NCBI GenBank assembly: GCA_963665115.1
Contig: OY762007.1
Span: forward strand, 2,784,001-2,848,000
DNA length: 64,000 nucleotides
Direction of reading: 5' to 3'
Origin: an uncultured Rivularia sp.
GTDB lineage: Bacteria; Cyanobacteriota; Cyanobacteriia; Cyanobacteriales; Nostocaceae
The notes under the pieces: generated by a model
Told to the model about the DNA's origin: nothing
The model's database searches: none
The model's input: only the letters and a program-made list of their open reading frames with translations
Made by a program: the position numbers and the translations under genes
Part shown: positions 56,210 through 64,000 of the stretch, piece by piece
How the letters are laid out: each line of letters begins with the position of its first letter
How positions within the stretch are numbered: the stretch's first letter is position 1

Positions 56210-57490
56210 TTGCGAATGAAAAAGTCACTTCCTGTAATTATCGTTGCTGTACCAGTAGCCACTTTGTTAATAACCGTTAGCCCTCTCGGACGTTTATTAC
56301 TTAGTCCGCTAGAGTGTCAATTAAAGAGATGGCAATTACCAGTATCGATTAAAACTCCAAACTCAGAAACACCACCGCTAATTGCAACAACAAAACCGCC
56401 TTTTCCCTGTTGTGAAGGCGATACTTCTTGTTTAGATAGACAAATATGGGGAGAAAGTAGTCAACAATCGGATAGAAAAATTCTTTTAAGTTCTATAGAC
56501 AGTAGTTTGCAATATTTACAAACCGCCAGGGCTAAGAACACGTATGAAAGATATGAAAAAAACAAAGTACCCGGAATTAGTAGAGAAAGAGTAATCGAGA
56601 GTTTACAAAGATTTCGTCAATTGCTGCTCGAAACTAAATCCGCAGCAGAATTAAACCAAGCTGTTGCTGAAGAGTTTGTTTTTTATCAATCGGTGGGCAA
56701 CGATAAAAAAGGAAAAGTTTTATTTACTGCTTATTTCGAGCCGCTTTATATTGCAAGTCGCGAACAAACAGCAGAATACCGCTATCCTATCTATGCTATA
56801 CCTCCAGATTTGAAAGAGTGGGAAAGGCCACATCCTACACGTTTGGATTTAGAAGGTGCTGATGGTTTACAAGGTGGAGAAGGCAAATTAAAAGGCTTAG
56901 AATTATTTTGGTTTAAATCCCGTCTCGAACCGTACATGATGCAAATTCAAGGTTCTGCTAAACTTCGACTGCTCAATGGTACTCAAACCAGCGTCGGTTT
57001 TGCCGGAAATGTCGCTCATAATTACCAAAGCATCGGTAAAGCTTTAATCGATGACGGCGAACTACCATCAAGCGGTGTGACAATGCCGACTATTTTAGAA
57101 TACTTTGAAAAAGACCCCAAAAAATTAGACGTTTATATTCCTCGCGACCCTAGTTTTGTATTTTTCCAGGAAAATAAAGGTGCCCCAGCACGAGGTTCAA
57201 TCCAAGTAGGATTAAGTGCAGAACGTTCAATTGCTACAGATAAATCTTTAATGCCACCCGGAGCATTAGCCTTGATACGCGGTCATTTCCCCTTTGCCAC
57301 AGACAGCGGCGATCTGAAACACCGCACAGTCAGCCGTTATGTTTTAGACCAAGATGCAGGTGGTGCCATCAAAGGTGCGGGTAGAGTTGATTACTTCCTG
57401 GGAACCGGAAAAATTGCTGGCGATCGCGCTGGGGTAACTGTCACCAACGGACAACTTTATTACCTACTACTCAAGAACAAATCATCATAA
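56210..57490 (+). CDS. mltA: Lytic murein transglycosylase A
   Basis: FTAYFEP, QIQGS, SFVFF, SIATD, DQDAGGAIKG..RVD.F.G. Confidence 0.9.
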   Translation: MRMKKSLPVIIVAVPVATLLITVSPLGRLLLSPLECQLKRWQLPVSIKTPNSETPPLIATTKPPFPCCEGDTSCLDRQIWGESSQQSDRKILLSSIDSSLQYLQTARAKNTYERYEKNKVPGISRERVIESLQRFRQLLLETKSAAELNQAVAEEFVFYQSVGNDKKGKVLFTAYFEPLYIASREQTAEYRYPIYAIPPDLKEWERPHPTRLDLEGADGLQGGEGKLKGLELFWFKSRLEPYMMQIQGSAKLRLLNGTQTSVGFAGNVAHNYQSIGKALIDDGELPSSGVTMPTILEYFEKDPKKLDVYIPRDPSFVFFQENKGAPARGSIQVGLSAERSIATDKSLMPPGALALIRGHFPFATDSGDLKHRTVSRYVLDQDAGGAIKGAGRVDYFLGTGKIAGDRAGVTVTNGQLYYLLLKNKSS

Positions 57491-57786
57491 ATCATCTACT
57501 TTAAGATAGATATTATCAAATTATTTTAATTAATTTGTTTATAATTCTTATTGATTTCATTAAATAAAAAATGGAACCACTATAAAATTTTGTCGTCAAA
57601 TAAAATAGTGTCGTTTAAGCAATTAAGAATAGATCATTTTTGTCAATAGCTTCATATTGATCTTTATTTTAAAGACAAGAAAATATTTTTTTGCTAAATA
57701 ATTTGTAGAAATCAGAAAAACTGTGAGAGCAATTTGTATATAGAACTATTAATGCTGTAGAACATAAGAATATCAAGTTTAAAGTC

Positions 57787-58276
57787 TTGTTTACAGCAAT
57801 ATATAACGCTTTATCGGGGAGATTAAAAGTGATTAGGATTTTAGTTGATGCGGATCTAATTTTGGAAGCTTTAATGAATCGTAATACGGTACAAGATGTT
57901 AGAGAATTGCTAGATAAAGTAAACCCTTTGATTCAAATGTATATAACAGATGTTGGATGGCAAAAAATAGATACTTATCTTAATCATTTACAAAGTAAGA
58001 AAATTGCCGAAATAGTAATTAATTGGTTGGAAGAAAAAATTAAAGTTTGTTCCGTAAACCAATATATTTTAAAACAAGCGCGTTCCTCACCCATTAAAGA
58101 TTTTGAATCTGCTGTTGAATTTATCTGTGCTAGCTATCAACAATTAGATGCGATTGTCACTCATAAATACGACGATTTTGCCGAAGTATCAGATAAATTA
58201 TGGGTTTGGGTCTATGGCAGAATTATGGATACGTGCTAATTTAGAAACTCAACTCCAAACCGAAGCATTTATTTAG
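57787..58276 (+). CDS. PIN-domain protein (probable +1 frameshift at 58208-58210; as read, ends at 58239)
   Basis: ILVDADLIL, DFESAV, LDAIVT..DDF; the corrected tail reads WVWSMAELWIRANLETQLQTEAFI. Confidence 0.75.
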
Positions 58277-58609
58277 CTTCTTGTTCTGTATTCTTAGAAT
58301 ATTATAAGTATCAGAAAAACCAGAAGATTATTTTAAGCATTCTAAACGAATAGAACGGAATTCAATTTGCTTTGGCAAGAATGTTAAGTTAGCCTCCATG
58401 ATTTTCTTCTGAGTTTCAATAATTACGATTTCTTTTCCTAAACGAGACATTCTCAAATTACGATCTTTCGTTCGTGCTAGTTGAAAGATCGTACTAAAAT
58501 AAACTCCAGCATAAAAATTGTAACCGAAGTCGTTTTTCCTATTTTTATAGGCATTAGGAACATTGTTAAACGGGTAAATATTGGAATAATTAACATTATT
58601 CGAGCATAG

Positions 58610-59077
58610 CTATCGTACAGAAACCTCTAATTGGTAATTTAAAATGCCATTGCCGCTAGTTTGCTGAGTAAGATTACTATTCGGAGCATCAAACTCAACT
58701 TTTATCGGAGATATCGCAGGAGCATAATTTGCAGATATTTCGACTTTATGCTCCCCTACTGACAAATAACGCGATAAATCAATCTCAGTGTTTTGATAGC
58801 TTAGGTTTTTAACAACTTTTCCATTCACAATTATTTTGCCATTTAATTGAGTTGCCGAAGTTTCAATTTTCAGAATATGTGGTTGCGATAGATTCGCAGC
58901 ACTTAAACTAACTTTTCCACGTTGATATCCCGAAGAATTACTGGTAAATGTAGTAAAACTATTTGAATTATTGTTCATATTATTAATCTGGTTATTTTTA
59001 GTAAAATTACCTGCAAAAGTTGCGGAAAACGTAATTAATGCAGCCGCACCGCAGATAATAAAAATTATTTTTTTCAT
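58610..59077 (-). CDS. Secreted beta-sandwich-like hypothetical protein (accessory to the cluster)
   Basis: Signal peptide ending TFA; Asn-rich linker; alternating beta-strand pattern. Confidence 0.75.
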   Translation of the reverse strand: MKKIIFIICGAAALITFSATFAGNFTKNNQINNMNNNSNSFTTFTSNSSGYQRGKVSLSAANLSQPHILKIETSATQLNGKIIVNGKVVKNLSYQNTEIDLSRYLSVGEHKVEISANYAPAISPIKVEFDAPNSNLTQQTSGNGILNYQLEVSVR

Positions 59078-59250
59078 AACGTTTTTTTTTATTATTTTCA
59101 CTGTTGCTTGTTACCTATAAACTCCTTGATAATTGATGCGTGACGGCAACATCAAATTATTTCACGATCTATGAAATTAATCTTAGCCATCGCACACCCT
59201 ACAAACTATAAAATAAATAATTCTTATAAAAAATTCTTATAAAACAAACA

Positions 59251-59271
59251 AAAGTCCCCCACTAAGGGGAC
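59251..59271 (-). terminator. Intrinsic terminator after the 59299 gene
   Basis: GTCCCC-loop-GGGGAC followed by a U-tract on the minus strand. Confidence 0.6.
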
Positions 59272-59298
59272 AATATTTATCTTTAATTTAAAAAAAAC

Positions 59299-59697
59299 TT
59301 ACCGTCTAAAAGAAGGAGCTTTAGGTTTTTTTGGTGTTTTTACGTGTACCGGAACATCTACTTTAATACCGATATTATTAGTATTAACACCAGTACGACG
59401 ATTTGGATCTCCATCAAGTCGTTGCCTGCTAGTTCGTCTTTGTTCGCAATCGGAAGATTTGCAAACTTGGGTTGATGTTGTTACCCCAGTAGTACCAACG
59501 GTACCTTTACAATTTTCGCCAAATTCTTGTGTTACATCGTTTCTTTGTCGTCCTTTTGGTGAATCATCGATTGACACTTGGACGTTTACATCAATCGCGT
59601 TACATCCTGCTAATGCTTTATTGCTCAAAGAAGGAACAAAAAAAGAAGAAACAGTAGTTAGCGAAAATAAGCTTAGAGAAAATAATTTCAACTTCAT
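59299..59697 (-). CDS. Secreted small protein, four Cys, basic C-terminus
   Basis: Signal peptide ending ALA; IDVNVQVSI and IGIKVDVPVHV strands. Confidence 0.8.
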   Translation of the reverse strand: MKLKLFSLSLFSLTTVSSFFVPSLSNKALAGCNAIDVNVQVSIDDSPKGRQRNDVTQEFGENCKGTVGTTGVTTSTQVCKSSDCEQRRTSRQRLDGDPNRRTGVNTNNIGIKVDVPVHVKTPKKPKAPSFRR

Positions 59698-59711
59698 AGT
59701 TGCATCCTTGA

Positions 59712-60041
59712 TTATTGACAGGTTGTTGTTGTTGTGCGAGCGTAAGAACGATTATTACCAGAACCAGTTTTACGAGTGCTGCGGTAAGTTGTGCAATTAC
59801 CTCTTTTCTTTATGGTTTGACGGTAGATGCTACGTGAAGAATTGCGATTTGCAGAACCACGCTTAAATCGACGACGGTAGATTCTTCTACGATTATTTCT
59901 AATTTTTATGTCACCGTTGCGATTGATTGTTACCCTAGAATTTCCGTTTTGAACTTTAATATTTCCGGCTGTGGCAATTCCAGCAGGTAATATCATTAGT
60001 ACGGACAATGCCAGGATATAAATTGCTTGTTTAACGGGCAT
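59712..60041 (-). CDS. Secreted Arg-rich small protein, two Cys
   Basis: Signal peptide ending ATA; NNRRRIYRRRFKR; ends TTTTTCQ. Confidence 0.75.
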   Translation of the reverse strand: MPVKQAIYILALSVLMILPAGIATAGNIKVQNGNSRVTINRNGDIKIRNNRRRIYRRRFKRGSANRNSSRSIYRQTIKKRGNCTTYRSTRKTGSGNNRSYARTTTTTCQ

Positions 60042-60176
60042 AATTTTGTACCTTTTGTAATAGAAAAAACCGATTTTTATAGTAATTAAAAAAATAATTA
60101 ATAAAATCGGCAAAACTAGAATTAGGTAACACCCGGACTCAAACCGCAGACTCTTGAAAAAGATAATTTGGTCGCA

Positions 60177-60518
60177 TTAGTAACAGTAGCGAGAACCCAT
60201 TAGGAGTTGACGCTGAATGTTTACTTGATCGGCATTTTGGTTAACAAAACCACCATCAACAGCAACAGCATTTTGATCGATCCGCTGATTTGAATGCTGT
60301 GACTGGGAATCTTTACTACATCTGCGGTTGCGGGGACCTATTCTTTCTTGACGCTGAATGCTTATCTGTCTACCACTTTGAATAACTCTACTACCAGAAC
60401 CAAGTACTGTAGCTTCTTGGTTTGTCTCTTGAGTAGCTCCTTGCCCTGCAAATGCTGCGCTTGGTACAAAAATCAAAGCAGCAGCTAGTAAACCCAGCGT
60501 AGAAATTTTCTCGATCAT
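60177..60518 (-). CDS. Secreted Gln-ladder repeat protein, paralogue 5 (most diverged)
   Basis: MIEKISTLGLLAAALIFVPSAAFA; two repeats; central and terminal Cys. Confidence 0.82.
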   Translation of the reverse strand: MIEKISTLGLLAAALIFVPSAAFAGQGATQETNQEATVLGSGSRVIQSGRQISIQRQERIGPRNRRCSKDSQSQHSNQRIDQNAVAVDGGFVNQNADQVNIQRQLLMGSRYCY

Positions 60519-60745
60519 TTTTATAAACCTTATTAGTGTTGCGCGTGTTGTAATTCTTAGTTTGTAGAGACGTGATACAGCATATTTAGTTTTGGTGAAG
60601 TACATTCTGACGGGCAGGGATGCCCATCCCACAAGACTTTCGGAATATAGATTTGTACCTCATTTAGCTGCAAAGGGCTGTATATCGCGTCTCTACATCT
60701 TCCGGGATAACGAAAAATCCTTGGGGAAGGGGTTAGGTTTTGATA

Positions 60746-61120
60746 TTAGCGATAGCAACCAGTACTAGATACTACAACTTGATTTTGTTCGCTGACGCTA
60801 GTAGTAGCTTGAGCATTATCAGAATAATCTATAGCACCACCAGTTTGAGTCGATGCTTGAGTAGAAGCTTGTGACTGGCTGCTGTAACTACCGGGACAGT
60901 GACGGCGGAAACGCTTAAAAGCATTGCGCTGACGTAATTTAACTTGTTCTTGAATACTCAAAGCTTCTCCACTCTGAGCATTTACACTACCGCCGATCGC
61001 AGTACCATGCTGAGTATTAATTTGTACATTGTCTTGTCTTTGGGAATCAGCAAAAGCCGCACCGGGAGCAACCATCAAACCAGCAGCTAGTAAACCGAAA
61101 GCAGCATATTTGTTTAGCAT
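60746..61120 (-). CDS. Secreted Gln-ladder repeat protein, paralogue 4
   Basis: MLNKYAAFGLLAAGLMVAPGAAFA; GAGG RBS; two NAQ repeats; two Cys. Confidence 0.85.
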   Translation of the reverse strand: MLNKYAAFGLLAAGLMVAPGAAFADSQRQDNVQINTQHGTAIGGSVNAQSGEALSIQEQVKLRQRNAFKRFRRHCPGSYSSQSQASTQASTQTGGAIDYSDNAQATTSVSEQNQVVVSSTGCYR

Positions 61121-61196
61121 TTTTTAAACCTCAAAAATTTTCATTGGTTGTCAATTATCAGTTGCTAATTAACTGATAATTGATAATTGATAACTG

Positions 61197-61604
61197 TTAT
61201 CGACAAGCGCGGTTGGTTGAAGCAGTTTGTCTTTGGTCGCTAACGCTACTACCAGATTGAGCATTGTCAGAATAATCTACAGCCACACCGCTTTGAACGG
61301 TTCCCTGAGAAGAATTTTGTGCCTGTGCGCTAGAGCTACCACCGCAGTAGCTAGGACGACTGTAACGACGGCCGCGACCGTAATGACCGCCGCGACGACC
61401 ACCTACTTTTTTGCGAGTTTTCTGAATTTGCTCTTGCACGCTAAGAGATTCAGAACTTTGAGCATTTACACCACCGTCAATTGCGGTTCCTTGTTGAACT
61501 GTATGTTGAGTACTATTCTGAGTTTGAACATCAGCCAAAGCCGCACCAGGTGCAACCATCAAACCAGCAGCCAATAAACCGAAACCAAATGACTTCTTAA
61601 ACAT
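61197..61604 (-). CDS. Secreted Gln-ladder repeat protein, paralogue 3
   Basis: MFKKSFGFGLLAAGLMVAPGAALA; GAGG RBS; two 33-aa repeats; ends ACR. Confidence 0.88.
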   Translation of the reverse strand: MFKKSFGFGLLAAGLMVAPGAALADVQTQNSTQHTVQQGTAIDGGVNAQSSESLSVQEQIQKTRKKVGGRRGGHYGRGRRYSRPSYCGGSSSAQAQNSSQGTVQSGVAVDYSDNAQSGSSVSDQRQTASTNRACR

Positions 61605-61775
61605 TGTATTTTCCTCGTTGTAATTGTGTTGTGTGTTGTTGTGTTGAATTGAAATGGCATTGCACAGATGAACAATTATCAATTACCAATTATTAATGAA
61701 TTAACCTTCCACACTCGCTTCGGGTGAAAACTTTTTGTTGTTCATTGTTCATTGTTCACTGATAACTGTTAACTG

Positions 61776-62183
61776 TTACCTGCAAGCGCGGTTGGTTGCA
61801 GCAGTTTGTCTTTGGTCGCTAACGCTGCTACCAGATTGAGCATTGTCAGAATAATCTACAGCCACACCGCTTTGAACGGTTCCCTGAGAAGAATTTTGTG
61901 CCTGTGCGCTAGAGCTACCACCGCAGTAGCTAGGACGACTGTAACCACGGCCACGACCGTAATGACCGCCGCGACGGCCACCTACTTTTTTGCGAGTTTT
62001 CTGAATTTGCTCTTGCACGCTAAGAGATTCAGAACTTTGAGCGTTTACACTACCGTCAATTGCGGTTCCTTGTTGAACGGTATGTTGATTACTATTCTGA
62101 GTTTGAACATCAGCCAAAGCCGCACCAGGTGCAACCATCAAACCAGCAGCCAATAAACCGAAACCAAAAGACTTCTTAAACAT
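61776..62183 (-). CDS. Secreted Gln-ladder repeat protein, paralogue 2
   Basis: Differs from paralogue 3 at 4 of 135 aa; GAGG RBS. Confidence 0.88.
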   Translation of the reverse strand: MFKKSFGFGLLAAGLMVAPGAALADVQTQNSNQHTVQQGTAIDGSVNAQSSESLSVQEQIQKTRKKVGGRRGGHYGRGRGYSRPSYCGGSSSAQAQNSSQGTVQSGVAVDYSDNAQSGSSVSDQRQTAATNRACR

Positions 62184-62363
62184 TGTATTAACCTCGTTGT
62201 AATTGTGTTGTGTGTGTTGTTGTGTTGAATTGAAATGGCATTGCATAGATGAACAATTACCAATTATCAATTATCAATTACTAATTAATTAACCTTCCAC
62301 ACTCGCTTCGGGTGAAAACAAATCATTCTTCATTGATAATTGTTCATTGATAATTGATAACTG

Positions 62364-62762
62364 TTACCGGCAAGCACGGCTAGTTGAAGCAGTCTGCTTC
62401 TGGTCGCTAACGCTGCTGTTAGATTGTCCGTTGACCGAACCGTCGAAAGCTTCTCCAGTCTGAAGTGTTCCTTGTGAAGAGTTTTGCGACTGTCCGCTAT
62501 GGCGACTACCACAGAAAGCAGGACGACCGCGACGACGACCAAAACGACCACCACGACCACCTACTTTATTGCGAGTTTTCTGAATTTGCTCTTGTACGTT
62601 AAGGGTTTCAGAACTCTGAGCGTTGGTACTGCCATGTTCTGCGATGCCGTCTTGAATTGTTTGTTGATTGCTATTTTGAGATTGAGAATTAGCTAAAGCC
62701 GCACCAGGTGCAACCATCAAAGCAGCAGCTAATAAACCGAAACCCAATGACTTCTTAAACAT
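62364..62762 (-). CDS. Secreted Gln-ladder repeat protein, paralogue 1
   Basis: MFKKSLGFGLLAAALMVAPGAALA; GAGG RBS; two repeats; ends ACR. Confidence 0.88.
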   Translation of the reverse strand: MFKKSLGFGLLAAALMVAPGAALANSQSQNSNQQTIQDGIAEHGSTNAQSSETLNVQEQIQKTRNKVGGRGGRFGRRRGRPAFCGSRHSGQSQNSSQGTLQTGEAFDGSVNGQSNSSVSDQKQTASTSRACR

Positions 62763-63055
62763 TTTATAAACCTCGTGTAATAGTGTTGTGTGTTGTGTCG
62801 AACAAGAGTGTGTTGTTACCCAGAAAAGAAACGTTCTTTAAAGTTTTAGTGGGTGTTTATTAAGAACCCGTGATGAACTTTTAAAGATTGTATTTTTCTC
62901 TTGCGGTATATACGGGGCTACAAATTTCAATTTGTTGATTCCGGATTTCTCCGAATTTTTTTTGAAATAGATATTCTTTTGTCAGTTATCAGTGACCAAT
63001 GACTCAGATGCACTGCGAACAACTGATATATAGAATTAAATCTCTCTACCTAAAT

Positions 63056-63092
63056 ACTTTAACCAAAGAACTTAAGGGTGTCAAGTCTTTGG
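63056..63092 (-). promoter_or_regulatory. Sigma70-type promoter facing the secreted-protein cluster, overlapped by an inverted repeat
   Basis: Minus strand TTGACA (63084-63079)-N17-TAAAGT (63061-63056); CCAAAGAACTT-N9-AAGTCTTTGG. Confidence 0.55.
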
Positions 63093-63165
63093 GTAAGAAA
63101 ACTGGGCGCTATAATTTTTTTGATGTTACGATGTACGGCTATATAAGACAATAGCGCTTGTAATT

Positions 63166-63492
63166 GTGAAACAGAAACCAAAACCAAGAATAGCTTTCCT
63201 TCGTGAAAAGGCGGGTTTAACCCAGCTTGAACTGTCTCGTCTCGTAGGCGTGACAGAAAGCACCATCCAGAATTGGGAGAGTGGCAGGACGGGTACAGAC
63301 CACATTCAAAGAATAGTAAACTTCTGTAAAGCTCTTAATTGCAAAGTAGAAGATTTGATTGAGTTAAACGAAAGCGAACTTCCACAAGAAGCATCGACAA
63401 AACCTGCTTCATTACAAGAAATACAAAATTTACTAGGTACCGACGAAGAGAAAGCAAGGGAAGCAGAGCAAGCAATTATCAGTGAACAATGA
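63166..63492 (+). CDS. XRE-family helix-turn-helix regulator
   Basis: LREKAGLTQLELSRLVGVTESTIQNWESG...CKALNCKVEDL. Confidence 0.92.
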   Translation: MKQKPKPRIAFLREKAGLTQLELSRLVGVTESTIQNWESGRTGTDHIQRIVNFCKALNCKVEDLIELNESELPQEASTKPASLQEIQNLLGTDEEKAREAEQAIISEQ

Positions 63493-63524
63493 ACAATAAA
63501 CAATGAACAATTATCAAATATTTA

Positions 63525-63699
63525 TTAACCTTTAACCTTTGACCTTTGACCTTTGACCTTTGACCTTTGACCTTTGACCTTTGACCTTTAACCTTTGACC
63601 TTTAACCTTTGACCTTTAACCTTTGACCTTTGACCTTTAACCTTTGACCTTTGACCTTTAACCTTTGACCTTTAACCTTTGACCTTTGACCTTTAACCT
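63525..63699. repeat. Heptamer tandem array TT(A/G)ACCT x25
   Basis: 175 bp of uninterrupted heptamers; the same unit occurs at ~22918 and, inverted, at ~30500. Confidence 0.92.
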
Positions 63700-64000
63700 A
63701 TAACCTAATTCTTTCTTGCCATAAAGTATCTATAGTCACGAACGAATATCCCTGCTCTAAAAGTCTTGGGATGATAATTTGTGCTATTTCAGCTACGTTT
63801 TGTCCGCCACAAGCGCCGTCGTGCAATACTATTAAAGAGCCATTTTCTAAGTTATCCATAACTCTATTGACAACTTTGGGTACTCCCGGATTTACCCAAT
63901 CTTCCGGTACAACGCTCCACATTACAGGACGGTAATTCCACCGATAGAATAGCTGTAAAGTTTGAGGTGTAAATAAACCATTTGGCGGTCGGATATCGCG
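63698..64000 (-). CDS. Polysaccharide deacetylase (NodB-like), 3' part; runs off the window
   Basis: IRPPNG...MWSVVPEDW...GSLIVLHDG...GYSFVT. Confidence 0.88.
   Translation of the reverse strand, partial: RDIRPPNGLFTPQTLQLFYRWNYRPVMWSVVPEDWVNPGVPKVVNRVMDNLENGSLIVLHDGACGGQNVAEIAQIIIPRLLEQGYSFVTIDTLWQERIRL

Noticed and set aside
57787..58276. Complete toxin-antitoxin module
   Set aside because: No upstream antitoxin ORF found; only an orphan PIN gene
16228..58276. Mass pseudogenisation or programmed frameshifting
   Set aside because: Single +1 homopolymer events in shared contexts, no further decay and no slippery heptamers; sequencing error is more parsimonious
61227..62696. Plus-strand ORFs 61227-61577, 61806-62156 and 62484-62696
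   Set aside because: Antisense shadows of the repeat genes; the minus strand has the RBSs and signal peptides
60177..62762. RiPP/bacteriocin precursor array, or canonical curli csgA genes
   Set aside because: Leaders are hydrophobic Sec-type with AxA sites rather than double-Gly/Nif11; no modifying enzymes or peptidase-ABC transporter; repeats are ~33 aa and lack the ~22-aa curlin QxGxxN pattern; no csgEFG in the window
63525..63699. CRISPR array
   Set aside because: Contiguous 7-bp units without spacers; no cas genes

Overview
AT-rich chromosomal segment of a filamentous cyanobacterium, most likely Nostocales (Rivularia/Calothrix-like). The evidence is frequent HIP1 octamers (GCGATCGC), heptameric STRR arrays, REP-like palindromes and the rph-pgl-fraH gene order. 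(1) 1-11.5 kb is a metal-homeostasis island: two COG0523 GTPases, a WD40 protein, a Zur-boxed thrS2, two small Cys-rich proteins and a divergent ArsR/CadC-CDF efflux pair, closed by a deleted IS630 element. (2) 12-35.7 kb holds housekeeping and signalling genes (sbcD, cysH, murE, bioF, ruvA, spp, xseA/xseB, three histidine kinases, patatin). (3) 37-44.5 kb holds a PEP-CTERM/O-antigen-ligase module and a YqiJ/flotillin pair. (4) 44.6-58.3 kb has rph, pgl, fraH, pxcA, a P450, mltA and a PIN gene. (5) 58.6-63.5 kb is the most unusual region: eight co-oriented genes for small signal-peptide proteins. Five are paralogues built from two ~33-aa Gln/Asn/Ser-ladder repeats around an Arg/Gly/Cys loop, and an XRE regulator lies divergent to the cluster. 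By inference this is a candidate undescribed functional-amyloid/extracellular fibre system. Nine apparent frameshifts can each be repaired by removing one base from a short homopolymer and are probably sequencing errors. No rRNA, tRNA or CRISPR array was recognised. Family assignments are from motif recognition only; no database search was run.
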